DNA from: Bacteroidota bacterium
Lineage (GTDB): Bacteria; Bacteroidota; Bacteroidia; Chitinophagales; UBA8649
Reading direction: 5' to 3'
Length of the DNA stretch: 52,818 nucleotides
Assembly: GCA_003447535.1 (NCBI GenBank)
Contig: DLYY01000011.1
Location: 41,386-94,203 of the forward strand
Position numbers and translations under genes: made by a program. Below are positions 1-9,747 of this stretch, in pieces. Within the stretch, counting starts at the first letter, position 1. Each line of letters starts with the position of its first letter. The notes below the pieces were generated by a model. It did not search any database, was not told where the DNA came from, and saw only the letters and a list, made by a program, of their open reading frames with translations.

Positions 1-2
1 CT

Positions 3-389
3 CGGGACACAACTCAAAACATTAAGGATACTCCTTATTTACTTTCTATACCCTCTAAGGGGTTAGACTCGTTATTTCATTACCAAGCATCGTCCAGTGA
101 ACATAGGGGACTATATTTTGTAACATTTTCCCTACCAAGTGATACCATAACTATACCAGACAATCTAAATATTGAAGTATTTACTGATGATGGGGGGCTC
201 TTGTTGAGTGATGTTTACAGAGAAGGGACTATATACTCGTTTTTCGGGAAACCGAGCTATGCTATATTTACTTCAGGTGATGAAGACAACTTGGTTTTGT
301 ATTATGTTGATAGAATAGCTGCACAGCTAGACTTTTTGGTCACGGAAATTCTATTAAGCACGGAAACGATAAACTTTATAAATGATTGA
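3..389 (+). CDS. 3' end of an unidentified protein-coding gene whose 5' end lies left of the window
   Basis: The frame starting at nt 3 is open with no stop until TGA at 387-389. The track ORF 201..389 is only its tail. The stop overlaps the lptB start (ATGATTGA, 8 nt). No recognisable motif. Confidence 0.55.
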   Translation, partial: RDTTQNIKDTPYLLSIPSKGLDSLFHYQASSSEHRGLYFVTFSLPSDTITIPDNLNIEVFTDDGGLLLSDVYREGTIYSFFGKPSYAIFTSGDEDNLVLYYVDRIAAQLDFLVTEILLSTETINFIND

Positions 390-1107
390 AAGTCAAGGCC
401 TTATAAAAAGATATGGTCGTCGTATTGTTGTCGACAAGGTCGGTTTTTCTGTGAACCAAGGTGAGGTTGTAGGCCTTTTGGGCCCCAATGGTGCGGGCAA
501 GACAACGACCTTTAATATGATTGTTGGGTTGGTAAAACCCGATCAGGGATTAGTAGGGCTTAACAAGATAGATATTACCACAAAGCCCATGTACAAAAGG
601 GCTAGAATGGGTATTACCTACTTGCCACAGGAGGCTTCAGTGTATAGGCACCTTTCGGTGGAAGACAACTTAATGGCTGTTATTGAGTTTCATGTTAAAT
701 CAAAGAAGGCGCGTAGGGAAAAGTGTGAAGAATTGATTAGTGAATTTGACTTAGGCAATGTGCGCAAGACAAAAGGAGGTCTGCTTTCCGGAGGGGAGAG
801 GCGCAGGACTGAGATAGCCCGGGCACTGGCAAGTGGGCCATCTTATGTTTTGCTTGATGAGCCTTTTGCGGGAATTGATCCCATTGCCGTCGAAGCGATT
901 CAGAGAATTGTGGTCAAACTTAAGTCTTTAGGTCTAGGCGTGCTCATTACGGATCACAATGTTCAGGAAACACTGAATATTGTCGATAGGGCGTACTTAA
1001 TGCATGAGGGAAAGGTCTTTGCCGAAGGCAATCCACAACAATTAGCCGAAAACCCCTTGGCGAAAAAAATCTATCTAGGAGATCGCTTTAAGCTTCGCAA
1101 CAGCTGA
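382..1107 (+). CDS. lptB: LPS export ABC transporter ATP-binding protein LptB
   Basis: Walker A GPNGAGKTT, ABC signature LSGGERRR and Walker B LLDEPFAGIDP. At 241 aa it is a stand-alone ATPase with the LptB-type C-terminal tail. Confidence 0.85.
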   Translation: MIESQGLIKRYGRRIVVDKVGFSVNQGEVVGLLGPNGAGKTTTFNMIVGLVKPDQGLVGLNKIDITTKPMYKRARMGITYLPQEASVYRHLSVEDNLMAVIEFHVKSKKARREKCEELISEFDLGNVRKTKGGLLSGGERRRTEIARALASGPSYVLLDEPFAGIDPIAVEAIQRIVVKLKSLGLGVLITDHNVQETLNIVDRAYLMHEGKVFAEGNPQQLAENPLAKKIYLGDRFKLRNS

Positions 1108-1108
1108 C

Positions 1109-2095
1109 TTACAATTTCCGCGCCATAGAATAATCGGCAAGAAGAATAAGGCTGTTTACCGCATCACTTGGTTCGAGAAAATGTAAGGAATCCTTTGCTT
1201 TTTGTGCATAAAGCAACATCTCTTGGTTGCTTGCTTCAATAGCTCCAGATTTCTTTACGTATTCAATGGTTTTTTTTCGGGCCACGCCCTTTGTTCTACT
1301 TAGACGTGCCTGTTTTTCAAGCCAACGGCGGTCATGGGGGTTGGCTAACTCATGGGCCAATATAAGAGGAAGGGTTTTCTTTCCTTCTCTAAGATCATTG
1401 CCACGTGGCTTTCCAACCTCGGCCTCTCCAAAATCAAAAAGATCATCCTTTATCTGAAAGGCCATTCCGAGATTAAGCCCATATTGATAAAGAGCCTGTC
1501 GAACGCTCTCCTGGTCTTTATGCTCCCCACTATGGGCACCAATGGCACAAGCTGCGGCTAGAAGTGCTGCGGTTTTCTTCTCAATTACCTTAAAGTAAAC
1601 CTCTTTGTTGTAACGCTCTACACGAGACCGTTCGAGTTGTATTAGTTCGCCTTTACTCATTTCTTCCACCGCGAGTGACAACTCCTTTAGCATGGAATAT
1701 GCTTCGTGGTCTACGGCTAGTTTTAATCCTGCCCCAAGGAGATAATCACCAACTAATATGGAAACCTTGCTCTTCCAAAGTGCTGGCACAGAAAACATAT
1801 GTCTTCTATGTTCTGCATGGTCAACAACATCGTCGTGGATAAGGGTGGCGGAGTGAAGAATCTCTACAAGCGCTGCTCCGATGTGGGCTTTCTCAGAAAC
1901 CACACCATGGGCGGCTTGAGCGCTGAGCAACACAAAAATTGGGCGCAGCTGCTTTCCTTTATTCTTGATCATGTATCGTAACACTCTATTAAGCAAGGGG
2001 GCGTCACTTGATATAATAGATTCAAAAACAACTTGGAATTTTTCCAGGTCTGCTTCTATTGGGCGTTTGATGTCGAGGATGGTATGGTTTTTCAA
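1109..2095 (-). CDS. Polyprenyl (trans-isoprenyl) diphosphate synthase, IspB-like
   Basis: Two Asp-rich motifs (LIHDDVVDH and FQIKDDLFDF) plus a GKQLRP motif; 328 aa. Product chain length cannot be read from the sequence. Confidence 0.85.
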   Translation of the reverse strand: MKNHTILDIKRPIEADLEKFQVVFESIISSDAPLLNRVLRYMIKNKGKQLRPIFVLLSAQAAHGVVSEKAHIGAALVEILHSATLIHDDVVDHAEHRRHMFSVPALWKSKVSILVGDYLLGAGLKLAVDHEAYSMLKELSLAVEEMSKGELIQLERSRVERYNKEVYFKVIEKKTAALLAAACAIGAHSGEHKDQESVRQALYQYGLNLGMAFQIKDDLFDFGEAEVGKPRGNDLREGKKTLPLILAHELANPHDRRWLEKQARLSRTKGVARKKTIEYVKKSGAIEASNQEMLLYAQKAKDSLHFLEPSDAVNSLILLADYSMARKL

Positions 2096-2202
2096 AACAC
2101 CGTTTATGTTAAAATTTAAAACAATGCCACATAAATGAAACTTTTACAAGCATTGTATAGTATACAAAAGTACAATGTGTAGACTTTTAAAACGTGTACA
2201 AA

Positions 2203-2940
2203 ATGATAATCTCAACAAAACGTTGGGCCTACTTTATTAGTGGGGCCCTTTTAATAATGACCTCCTTTACCCTTCAGGCACAGCATGAGGTTGGTGTAAA
2301 GCTTCATACTCTAAACTTTATGGGCGACTTTGGTGGCGGTGGCGGCATGGGAACGGTTTTCCTTAAGGATGTAAATGTTCAAGCGACCACTATGGGCTTT
2401 TCCTTTGAACATAAGCGTCACTTTACTAAGGTTTTATCGTGGAAAAGCAGTATAGGAGCCTTTTCAATTCATAGTAATGATCAGTATACCCGCAACCCAT
2501 TTCGCAGAGAAAGGGATCTAAGCATGAAGGGGTCTCTTATGGAACTTACCACAGGATTAGAGGTGGATATCTTTCCAATGTCTTATTGTGTAAAACGATC
2601 ATCGGTGACCCCATATTTTGGAATAAGTGTAGGCGCGGCAGTGTCAAACATTGATATTCTTCAGAATATGTATAACGCAGAAAAATTGGAGTTAGAGCAA
2701 GAATACCTCACCGAAAGAACGCGGCAAGTCGCTCCTGTTTTCCCAATCTATCTAGGGATAAAAGCAAAGGTTGGCCCAAACTGGGTATTTTCCTCTGAGC
2801 TCAATTATAGACAGACTATTGGTGACAACTTAGATGGCTATGTGCGGCAGCAAGACGATACGTATTTTTCGGCATCAGTAGGTGTTGCCTACAATATATG
2901 CGGCCCTTCGCTTAGCCCTATTCGCTGTCCTCGATTTTAA
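2203..2940 (+). CDS. Outer-membrane beta-barrel protein (DUF6089-like)
   Basis: Signal peptide ending TLQAQ, alternating beta-strand-like pattern, Gly-rich loop GDFGGGGGMG and a C-terminal Phe. The track ORF starts at GTG 2194; the first ATG is at 2203. Confidence 0.55.
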   Translation: MIISTKRWAYFISGALLIMTSFTLQAQHEVGVKLHTLNFMGDFGGGGGMGTVFLKDVNVQATTMGFSFEHKRHFTKVLSWKSSIGAFSIHSNDQYTRNPFRRERDLSMKGSLMELTTGLEVDIFPMSYCVKRSSVTPYFGISVGAAVSNIDILQNMYNAEKLELEQEYLTERTRQVAPVFPIYLGIKAKVGPNWVFSSELNYRQTIGDNLDGYVRQQDDTYFSASVGVAYNICGPSLSPIRCPRF

Positions 2941-5023
2941 GTATTGTGGGAATGTTGTTGTTTTGAATCCATGCGGATAGATCCTGGGTTTCAAGTATCG
3001 GAACCCCTAGATTGCGGGCCTTGTCGGCCTTGGTCCCCGCCTTGTCGCCGACAAAAACAACACTAGTGTTTTTGCTAACACTACCGCTAACCACACCGCC
3101 GTGCATTTCAACGAACTCTTTGATTTCGTTACGTGATGCGAAATCGAAACTTCCTGTAATAACTACACGTTTGGATGCCAGTAGCTCAGAAGATACAATC
3201 TCTGGGTTGCTTGCATCGCCATGGTCAAAGCAGGCACTAAGCTCTTTTAATTCTTGACAAGAATTTGAGTCATTAGAAAAATCTACAATTGATTGGCTAA
3301 CCTTTTCTCCGACATCGTGGATTTCAACCAGTTGGTCAAGCGTAAGTAGGGAGACTTCCTCAAGAGTACGAAGCTTTAAATGTTTGATGATGGCCTTGGC
3401 TGTTTGAGGCCCCACAAGGGGAATTCCAAGTGAAACAATCTGCCGCCAAAGACTTTGTTTACGGCTCGATTCAATAGAAGCAATTAACTTGTCGATTGAT
3501 TTAGGGCCAAGCCCCTCTAAGGAGACTAATCCCTCTCGGCGTTCGTACAAGGAAAAGACGTCTACCCGGGAAGTAACAAAACCCTTTTCATAGAAAAGCT
3601 TCATGATTTCCCGGCCAAACCCATCAATATCAAGTGCGGTCTTTGAAACGAAGTATTGAAGTTGCTCTAACTTTTTTGCTTGACAATGTGCATTCGGGCA
3701 CAACCAGGCAGCGGAGTCTTCTTCGCGAACAATAGGGCTATAGCAAGCTGGGCACTCCTTGGGAAATTCGACCCGCCTTCCTCGGCGTTTGCTGGTCGAC
3801 CACGAATCTTTAATGTAGGGGATAACATCACCGGCCCTCACCACGAGCAAGGTATCCCCTATGTGAAGGTTTAATCGGTCGATAAAATCTTGATTGTGAA
3901 GCGAAATGTTGCGCACAATAACTCCGTGTAGCGGCGCGGGCTGAATTTTCGCTACAGGAGTAAGCACTCCTGTTCTACCCACCTGAAAGTCCACTGCCTC
4001 TAGAACGCTTTCAACAGAGGCAGCAGTAAATTTAAATGCCGTCGCCCATTTTGGATGATGGCCTGTAGACCCTATATGGGAATGCAGACTAGTATTATTT
4101 ACCTTAATAACCAGTCCATCAATTCCAATAGGAAACGCTTCTCTTTTGTTTTTCCAATAGTCAACGACTTCTTGCAACGACTCCACGGTGTTGCTGAGCT
4201 TTATATAAGTATGTGTGGTGGGTAGTCCAATTGAATAGAGAAGTTCCATTTGTTTATTGTGGTCCTTATCTAATTTTTTTGCAGGATCTTGATTATCACA
4301 GTGAACACACTGAAAGAAAACGACTTCGAGGGGTCGCGACCGAACGGTTTGTGCGTCTTTTAATCGAAGGGAACCCGATGCGGTATTTCTACTATTTTGA
4401 AATGCATCCAATCCCTCTTCTAATCGTGATTTATTGAGTTGATCAAATGCAGCCTTACGAATATATATTTCACCCCTAAACTCGGCACGTGAGATACCAA
4501 AACGGCTTAGTGGAAGACTCAAGGGTAGATTTCTCAACGTTTTTACATTGTTTGTTACATCTTCTCCCGTTTCACCATTTCCTCTGGTTATAGCTTGCAC
4601 AAAAACATCATTTTCATAATGCACAGCGATGCTAACCCCATCAAATTTTGGCTCGATGACATAATCGGTCTGTTGGGCACCCATGTCTTCAGTGAAGCGC
4701 TTAAGGTCAGAATCGTCAAAGGCATTGGACAAAGAAAGCATTGGGTGGTTGTGCCGAACCTTATGAAACGAGTTAGTTAGGTTTTCGGTAAGCTTTTGGC
4801 TCGGTGAGTCAGCGAGTTGTTCATCTCCCAATGGAAGCTTTTCTTCCCACGCTATAAGTTGTTTAAAAAGAGCATCATAAAGCTCGTCGTCAATTACACT
4901 TTTGGATTCGATGTAATATGCCCGGTTAAGATTACTAATCAGTTTCTTAAGGTCAAGATAATCTTGGGTGGAAGGATTTACTACAGCTAGAAGGTTGTTC
5001 GTTCTTTGAAGCGGACTCATCAC
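2918..5023 (-). CDS. ligA: NAD-dependent DNA ligase LigA
   Basis: Adenylation motif EPKFDGVS (KxDG), Zn finger CPACYS...CPNAHC, HhH region and a C-terminal BRCT (VVITGSF...GGVVSGSVSKNTSVVFVGDKAGTKADKA); 701 aa. Confidence 0.95.
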   Translation of the reverse strand: MMSPLQRTNNLLAVVNPSTQDYLDLKKLISNLNRAYYIESKSVIDDELYDALFKQLIAWEEKLPLGDEQLADSPSQKLTENLTNSFHKVRHNHPMLSLSNAFDDSDLKRFTEDMGAQQTDYVIEPKFDGVSIAVHYENDVFVQAITRGNGETGEDVTNNVKTLRNLPLSLPLSRFGISRAEFRGEIYIRKAAFDQLNKSRLEEGLDAFQNSRNTASGSLRLKDAQTVRSRPLEVVFFQCVHCDNQDPAKKLDKDHNKQMELLYSIGLPTTHTYIKLSNTVESLQEVVDYWKNKREAFPIGIDGLVIKVNNTSLHSHIGSTGHHPKWATAFKFTAASVESVLEAVDFQVGRTGVLTPVAKIQPAPLHGVIVRNISLHNQDFIDRLNLHIGDTLLVVRAGDVIPYIKDSWSTSKRRGRRVEFPKECPACYSPIVREEDSAAWLCPNAHCQAKKLEQLQYFVSKTALDIDGFGREIMKLFYEKGFVTSRVDVFSLYERREGLVSLEGLGPKSIDKLIASIESSRKQSLWRQIVSLGIPLVGPQTAKAIIKHLKLRTLEEVSLLTLDQLVEIHDVGEKVSQSIVDFSNDSNSCQELKELSACFDHGDASNPEIVSSELLASKRVVITGSFDFASRNEIKEFVEMHGGVVSGSVSKNTSVVFVGDKAGTKADKARNLGVPILETQDLSAWIQNNNIPTILKIEDSE

Positions 5024-5029
5024 GTACTC

Positions 5030-5296
5030 TTATTTCGCACTCGTTAATAAGGCATTGATTTTCTCGGCTAAATCATAGTCCTTTTCCGTGATTGTATTTC
5101 CTTGGTCATGCGTTGTAAGCAGCAAGCAAACCTCATTATAGGTATTTGTAATAGTAGGGTGATGTTCGCTTTTTTCAGCAAGGAGTCCAACGCGCACAAT
5201 AAATGCTAGCGCCTCGTTAAAGTCTTCGAAGCGTTCTGTACGGACAAGCGTGTTAGCCTCATTTGTCCACCCAAGAACTACGCGGTCCAATCCCAT
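5030..5296 (-). CDS. 4a-hydroxytetrahydrobiopterin (pterin-4a-carbinolamine) dehydratase
   Basis: 88 aa with the PCD pattern W...RTERFEDFNEALAF...AEKSEHHPTI...V...LTTHD..GNTITEKD. The start overlaps the upstream gene by 19 nt. Confidence 0.8.
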   Translation of the reverse strand: MGLDRVVLGWTNEANTLVRTERFEDFNEALAFIVRVGLLAEKSEHHPTITNTYNEVCLLLTTHDQGNTITEKDYDLAEKINALLTSAK

Positions 5297-6339
5297 GTGT
5301 CAAGTGATTTAAGTGCTTCAACAAGCAGGTCGATACCCCCAAGAATATCATCACTATGGGCCATTTCTATCACTTGATGAATGTGTCTTGTTGGGAAAGA
5401 TATGGCACCGGCTATTGTTCCGTCTGTCGCCATCCGCTGCATTCCCGCCGTATCTGTACCACCACCTGTAAGGATTTCTAATTGGTAAGTTAGGCCAGCT
5501 TTTTCGCAGACACTTTTCATAAAGGCAACCATTCTGCGGTCACTGATGGCAGAAGTATCCATGACTTTTATTGCAACCCCTTTGCCCATGCTAGTTACAT
5601 ACTCATGTGGCAGTGCGCCTGGAAGGTCATAGGCAATGGTAGTATCCAGGCCAAAGCTAAAGCTTGGGTTAATGTGGTGTGAAGCAACAAGTGCCCCACG
5701 AAGACCAACCTCTTCTTGTACTGTAAACACACCGTATACGTCGTAAGGAACTGCTTGACCGTTAAGTTTCTCAAGAGTCTCAACCAGAGCAAAAACCGAC
5801 ACGCGATTATCAACGGACTTACAGTTTATACAATCACCCATAGTGATTAAATCACGTTCTCGTGTGATAGCATCGCCCACCGATATCAGCTTGTGTACTG
5901 CTTCACCTGGAAGCCCTGTATCAATAAAGAAATCAGAGAGTTTTGGTGCTTTGCCTCGTTCTTCAGGAGACATAACGTGGATGGGCTTAGACCCCATAAC
6001 CCCAATCACATCTTCTTTTCCATGAATTATAACGCGCTGGGCTGTTAGTGTCTTAGGATCAAACCCACCAAGAGGGTGAAAAAATATGAAGCCCTTATCA
6101 TCTATGTGCTTAACAATAAACCCTATTTCATCCATGTGTGCCGCAATCATGGCTCTTTTTTCAGATGAATTACCCTTTTTTAGGGCAATGAGATTTCCCA
6201 TCCCATCTTCATAGAGTTCATCGCAGTAGGGGGCTACCAAACCTTTAACATGATCTCTTATTCTTTTCTCAAATCCAGGAGCTCCTGGGATCTTACAAAT
6301 TTTCGCAAGGCGTTTGACATTTAACTTTTTAATACTCAT
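5278..6339 (-). CDS. M42 family metallopeptidase (glutamyl aminopeptidase / FrvX-like)
   Basis: N-terminus ...IPGAPGFEKRIRDHV...DGMGNLIA, AAHMDEIGF, SVDNRVS, QEEVGLRGA and a C-terminal HQVIE; 353 aa. Confidence 0.8.
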   Translation of the reverse strand: MSIKKLNVKRLAKICKIPGAPGFEKRIRDHVKGLVAPYCDELYEDGMGNLIALKKGNSSEKRAMIAAHMDEIGFIVKHIDDKGFIFFHPLGGFDPKTLTAQRVIIHGKEDVIGVMGSKPIHVMSPEERGKAPKLSDFFIDTGLPGEAVHKLISVGDAITRERDLITMGDCINCKSVDNRVSVFALVETLEKLNGQAVPYDVYGVFTVQEEVGLRGALVASHHINPSFSFGLDTTIAYDLPGALPHEYVTSMGKGVAIKVMDTSAISDRRMVAFMKSVCEKAGLTYQLEILTGGGTDTAGMQRMATDGTIAGAISFPTRHIHQVIEMAHSDDILGGIDLLVEALKSLDTWDWTA

Positions 6340-6357
6340 AGGGTAAACTTTTTTGTT

Positions 6358-7785
6358 TTATTGAACCTTAGTTATCTTAATTGTATTGGTACGACCCTTT
6401 ATATAAAAAGGCATGCTGGCTAAGTTAACCACGAGGTCGTCGGGGGCAACAAATTCGTGAAGCTTTAAGATATGAATAACGTCTTCAATGGTTTCATCCG
6501 TTCCGGCGTTTCCATCGTAATAAAACGCATGGACACCAAATAAAAGATTAAGAGTATTTAGCAGAGGCCTGTTGTCTGTAAAAATGTATACCGGAGCCAC
6601 AGGCCGGGTGCTAGCAATCATAAATGCCGTATATCCAGACTTGGTCATTCCGATAATCGCTTTTGCTTCTACCTGTTGTGCTAAATGACATGCTGCATTA
6701 CATAGAGCATCAGACTCGTAACTCTCTGATGTGGCATTAGCTTGCCGCGACTTGTTAAAGATGTGCCCACGCGCTTCAATGCTATCTAAGATGGCGCGCA
6801 TCGTTTGTACTGTTTTTACAGGGTGTTTTCCGACAGAGGTTTCTCCACTAAGCATAACGGCATCTGCTCCGTCTAAAATGGCATTCGCAACATCGTTGAT
6901 CTCTGCGCGGGTGGGAACAGGGCTTTCAATCATTGATTCCATCATGTGGGTGGCCACAATAACAGGCTTGGCATGACGAAGACAGGTCTGGATAATGTTT
7001 TTTTGAGCCAAGGGAACCTGCTCTTGGGGAATTTCGACCCCCAAGTCTCCTCTAGCAACCATAACCCCATCGCTTGCCTCCACAATTCCTTCTAGGTTTT
7101 GTAGAGCCTCTGGCTTTTCCACTTTTGCAATTACCTTTATAAAGGAGTTAAGCTCACCAAGGCGTTTTTTAAGTCCAATCATATCATTGGCATGGCGGAC
7201 AAAGGAGAGAGCAACCCAATTAACCTCTTGCTCCATAGCAAAGACTAAGTCTACTTTGTCTTTCTCTGTTAATGTGGGCACCGAAAGGTTTGAGTCAGGG
7301 AAGTTTACCCCTTTTCGGGAGGTTAAAACGCCACCCTCAATGATGTCACAAAGCATACCACCCTCCTTAGTTTCAGCAGCTCGTATTTCTACACGGCCAT
7401 CGTTGATTAAGATGCGTTCACCAGGGAGAATATCCTTCAAAAGTGTTGGATACCTTACCGTTAAGTGTTGAATAGTGCAGGGTGCTTCGTTGGGGCTTAT
7501 GATTATCTGCTCTCCCGTGACCAATTCTATGGAACCATCGACCTCACCGATTCTAATTTTTGGTCCTTGAAGGTCACCCAAAATAGCAACATGGCTCCCG
7601 AGTTTTTGATTAAGCTTTCTGACCATTGCCATTCCTTCTTTATGGAAGCTATAGTCCCCATGGCTAAAATTAAAGCGCACAACGCTTAAGCCGGATAATA
7701 TTAACTCTTCAAGAATGGCCTCGTCAGCAATAGAGGGGCCGTATGTAGCTACAATTTTAGCTTTTGTTATAGGGGTTGTTTTCAT
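6358..7785 (-). CDS. pyk: Pyruvate kinase
   Basis: KAKIVATYGPS, FSHGD, MVARGDLGVEIP and MLSGETSVGKHP. The track ORF starts at TTG 7800; the first ATG (MKTTPITKAKIV) is at 7785. Confidence 0.93.
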   Translation of the reverse strand: MKTTPITKAKIVATYGPSIADEAILEELILSGLSVVRFNFSHGDYSFHKEGMAMVRKLNQKLGSHVAILGDLQGPKIRIGEVDGSIELVTGEQIIISPNEAPCTIQHLTVRYPTLLKDILPGERILINDGRVEIRAAETKEGGMLCDIIEGGVLTSRKGVNFPDSNLSVPTLTEKDKVDLVFAMEQEVNWVALSFVRHANDMIGLKKRLGELNSFIKVIAKVEKPEALQNLEGIVEASDGVMVARGDLGVEIPQEQVPLAQKNIIQTCLRHAKPVIVATHMMESMIESPVPTRAEINDVANAILDGADAVMLSGETSVGKHPVKTVQTMRAILDSIEARGHIFNKSRQANATSESYESDALCNAACHLAQQVEAKAIIGMTKSGYTAFMIASTRPVAPVYIFTDNRPLLNTLNLLFGVHAFYYDGNAGTDETIEDVIHILKLHEFVAPDDLVVNLASMPFYIKGRTNTIKITKVQ

Positions 7786-8173
7786 GGTTGTTTTCTGCAA
7801 TTATATTTTGTAAAAGAGGATATTGACCAATCTCTCCAAGCCCCTTAATCATTGCGATATTATCAATAGTTTTTAATTGATTTATACACGTATTAATCAA
7901 AATGGGATCTTGAAATTGAAAATATAAAACAAAATCAAAAGGCTTGGCAAAGCCGAGTAAAAACTGGCGATGTCGCTTATTGGTCAACAAATAGATCCCG
8001 CGTTGTACCTGAAAGTCGAATTGTCCAAACACAGTGTAGGGTATGCTGTTCAGCTCTCCTGGCGCTTCATCTTTTAATCTAAGCACCTCGCAATGCCAAG
8101 AGCTATTTAGGTGAAAGGCAATTTGGTAGTCTGGTAAAGCAGAGCTTATTCCATAAACGTCATTATCTGTCAT
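7757..8173 (-). CDS. IPExxxVDY-family-like protein of unknown function (Bacteroidota-specific)
   Basis: The N-terminus DNDVYGISSALPDYQIAFHLN resembles the (V/I)DY...I.S.L.DY.LA..IN signature of that family. It sits between pyk and acpP. The ATG at 8173 is preferred over the track TTG at 8182. The 3' end overlaps pyk by 29 nt. Confidence 0.5.
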   Translation of the reverse strand: MTDNDVYGISSALPDYQIAFHLNSSWHCEVLRLKDEAPGELNSIPYTVFGQFDFQVQRGIYLLTNKRHRQFLLGFAKPFDFVLYFQFQDPILINTCINQLKTIDNIAMIKGLGEIGQYPLLQNIIAENNHENNPYNKS

Positions 8174-8221
8174 ATCCCACAAATGTTTTTAGGAATTAAT
8201 TATGTTTTTCTAAAAACCACG

Positions 8222-8229
8222 TATTTTTG
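8222..8229 (+). promoter_or_regulatory. Candidate Bacteroidota -7 promoter box upstream of acpP
   Basis: TATTTTTG matches the TAnnTTTG consensus and lies 17 nt upstream of the acpP ATG. No clear -33 TTTG partner was seen. Confidence 0.3.
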
Positions 8230-8245
8230 ACCAAAATTTAAAATT

Positions 8246-8482
8246 ATGTCATCAATTAAAGATAGAGTAATTCAAATCATTGTTGAGAAGTTAGGTGTAG
8301 ATGCTAGCGAAGCTACAGAACAAGCGAGCTTTACCAAGGATTTAAATGCAGACTCTCTGGATACCGTAGAATTAATCATGGAGTTTGAAAAGGAGTTTAA
8401 CATCTCTATTCCAGATGAGCAGGCAGAGAGTATTGCCACTGTGAATGATGCAATCCAGTATTTGGAAGCAAACGCTAAATGA
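8246..8482 (+). CDS. acpP: Acyl carrier protein
   Basis: 78 aa with phosphopantetheine site [16 protein letters not shown]. Confidence 0.95.
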   Translation: MSSIKDRVIQIIVEKLGVDASEATEQASFTKDLNADSLDTVELIMEFEKEFNISIPDEQAESIATVNDAIQYLEANAK

Positions 8483-9738
8483 TCCAACATCCAAACTCCA
8501 CGAGAGTTGTCGTTACGGGAGTGGGCGTAGTCTCACCCATAGGAAACGACTACGATGCATTTGCCGACAACCTTTTATCGGGTACTTCGGGGGCTGCTCC
8601 AATATCGCTGTTTGATGCGGAAAAGTTCCCAACACGATTTGCCTGTGAAGTCAAGGATTTTAACCCTACAGATTTTATTGAGCCGAAATTGTCGAAGCGA
8701 ATGGATCGCTTTACTCATCTTGGTATTGTGGCATCCGATCAAGCAATAGCTGATGCTAACAATCTAGAGGGAGTTGCGAAGGAAAGGACAGCAGTTATAT
8801 GGTCGTCAGGTATTGGAGGATTGGGTTTTTTTGAACAAGAGATAGGTGCTCACTACTCCGGAGATGGAACTCCACGATTTAACCCTTTTTTCATTCCGAA
8901 AATGATTGTTGATATAGCCGCAGGCTATATATCCATGCGGCATGGATTTAGGGGCCCCAACTACGCCCCGGTGGCCGCTTGTGCGTCATCTACTATCGCC
9001 ATTATTGACGCCTTTCATTTGATAAAACTGGGCAAAGTTGATGCGGTGGTTTGCGGCGGGAGCGACGCTACCATTACACGCGGTGGAATTGGGGGGTTCA
9101 GTGCAATGAGGGCGTTGTCGCGAAGAAATGATGACTATAAAACAGCTTCACGCCCCTATGATCAGGACAGAGATGGATTTGTAATGGGAGAAGGGGGTGC
9201 CGCATTGATTGTTGAGAGCCTTGAATTGGCGCAACAACGAGGTGCAAATATCTTATGTGAGATTGTTGGAACAGGTATGTCGGCCGACGCCTACCATCTT
9301 ACGGCTCCACATCCAGATGGCGAAGGAGCTAAAGCGGTAATGAATTTAGCCGTTGAAGAGGCAGGAATAAGCCCGGAGCAAGTGGATTATATTAATGTTC
9401 ACGGAACATCAACTCCTGTTGGGGATCTCGCTGAGCTGGCTGCCATAAAAGACATATGGTCTGGCCGAGCAGCCAACACACTAATATCATCGACGAAGTC
9501 AATGACAGGTCATCTTCTTGGGGCTGCTGGTGCTTTAGAGGCATTAGCTCTATTAGTTTCCATGCAGCAATCTACCGTTCCACCGACTATTAATGTGGTG
9601 AACCCTGATCCAAATCTACCAGAAGAACTTAATGTTGTATTTGATAAGGCACGTTCAAAACAGGTAACGTATGCCCTAAGTAACACGTTTGGTTTTGGTG
9701 GCCACAATGCTTCGGTGCTCTTAAGAAATTTTGAATAA
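8479..9738 (+). CDS. fabF: Beta-ketoacyl-ACP synthase II
   Basis: Active-site Cys in VAACASS, His motifs [11 protein letters not shown] and [10 protein letters not shown], and C-terminal [10 protein letters not shown]. There is a 4-nt ATGA overlap with acpP. Confidence 0.93.
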   Translation: MIQHPNSTRVVVTGVGVVSPIGNDYDAFADNLLSGTSGAAPISLFDAEKFPTRFACEVKDFNPTDFIEPKLSKRMDRFTHLGIVASDQAIADANNLEGVAKERTAVIWSSGIGGLGFFEQEIGAHYSGDGTPRFNPFFIPKMIVDIAAGYISMRHGFRGPNYAPVAACASSTIAIIDAFHLIKLGKVDAVVCGGSDATITRGGIGGFSAMRALSRRNDDYKTASRPYDQDRDGFVMGEGGAALIVESLELAQQRGANILCEIVGTGMSADAYHLTAPHPDGEGAKAVMNLAVEEAGISPEQVDYINVHGTSTPVGDLAELAAIKDIWSGRAANTLISSTKSMTGHLLGAAGALEALALLVSMQQSTVPPTINVVNPDPNLPEELNVVFDKARSKQVTYALSNTFGFGGHNASVLLRNFE

Positions 9739-9747
9739 ACGAATACC

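Noticed and set aside
201-389. Track ORF of 62 aa upstream of lptB, considered as a stand-alone small gene.
   Set aside because: The same frame is open all the way back to nt 3, so this is the C-terminal tail of a larger gene truncated by the window edge. The M at 201 is a translated TTG.
2154-2166. Perfect 13-bp palindrome TGTATAGTATACA in the divergent region between the polyprenyl synthase and OMP genes.
   Set aside because: It is AT-rich and short, I saw no second copy in the window, and nothing links it to a regulator. It could be an operator, but the evidence is too thin to report as a feature.
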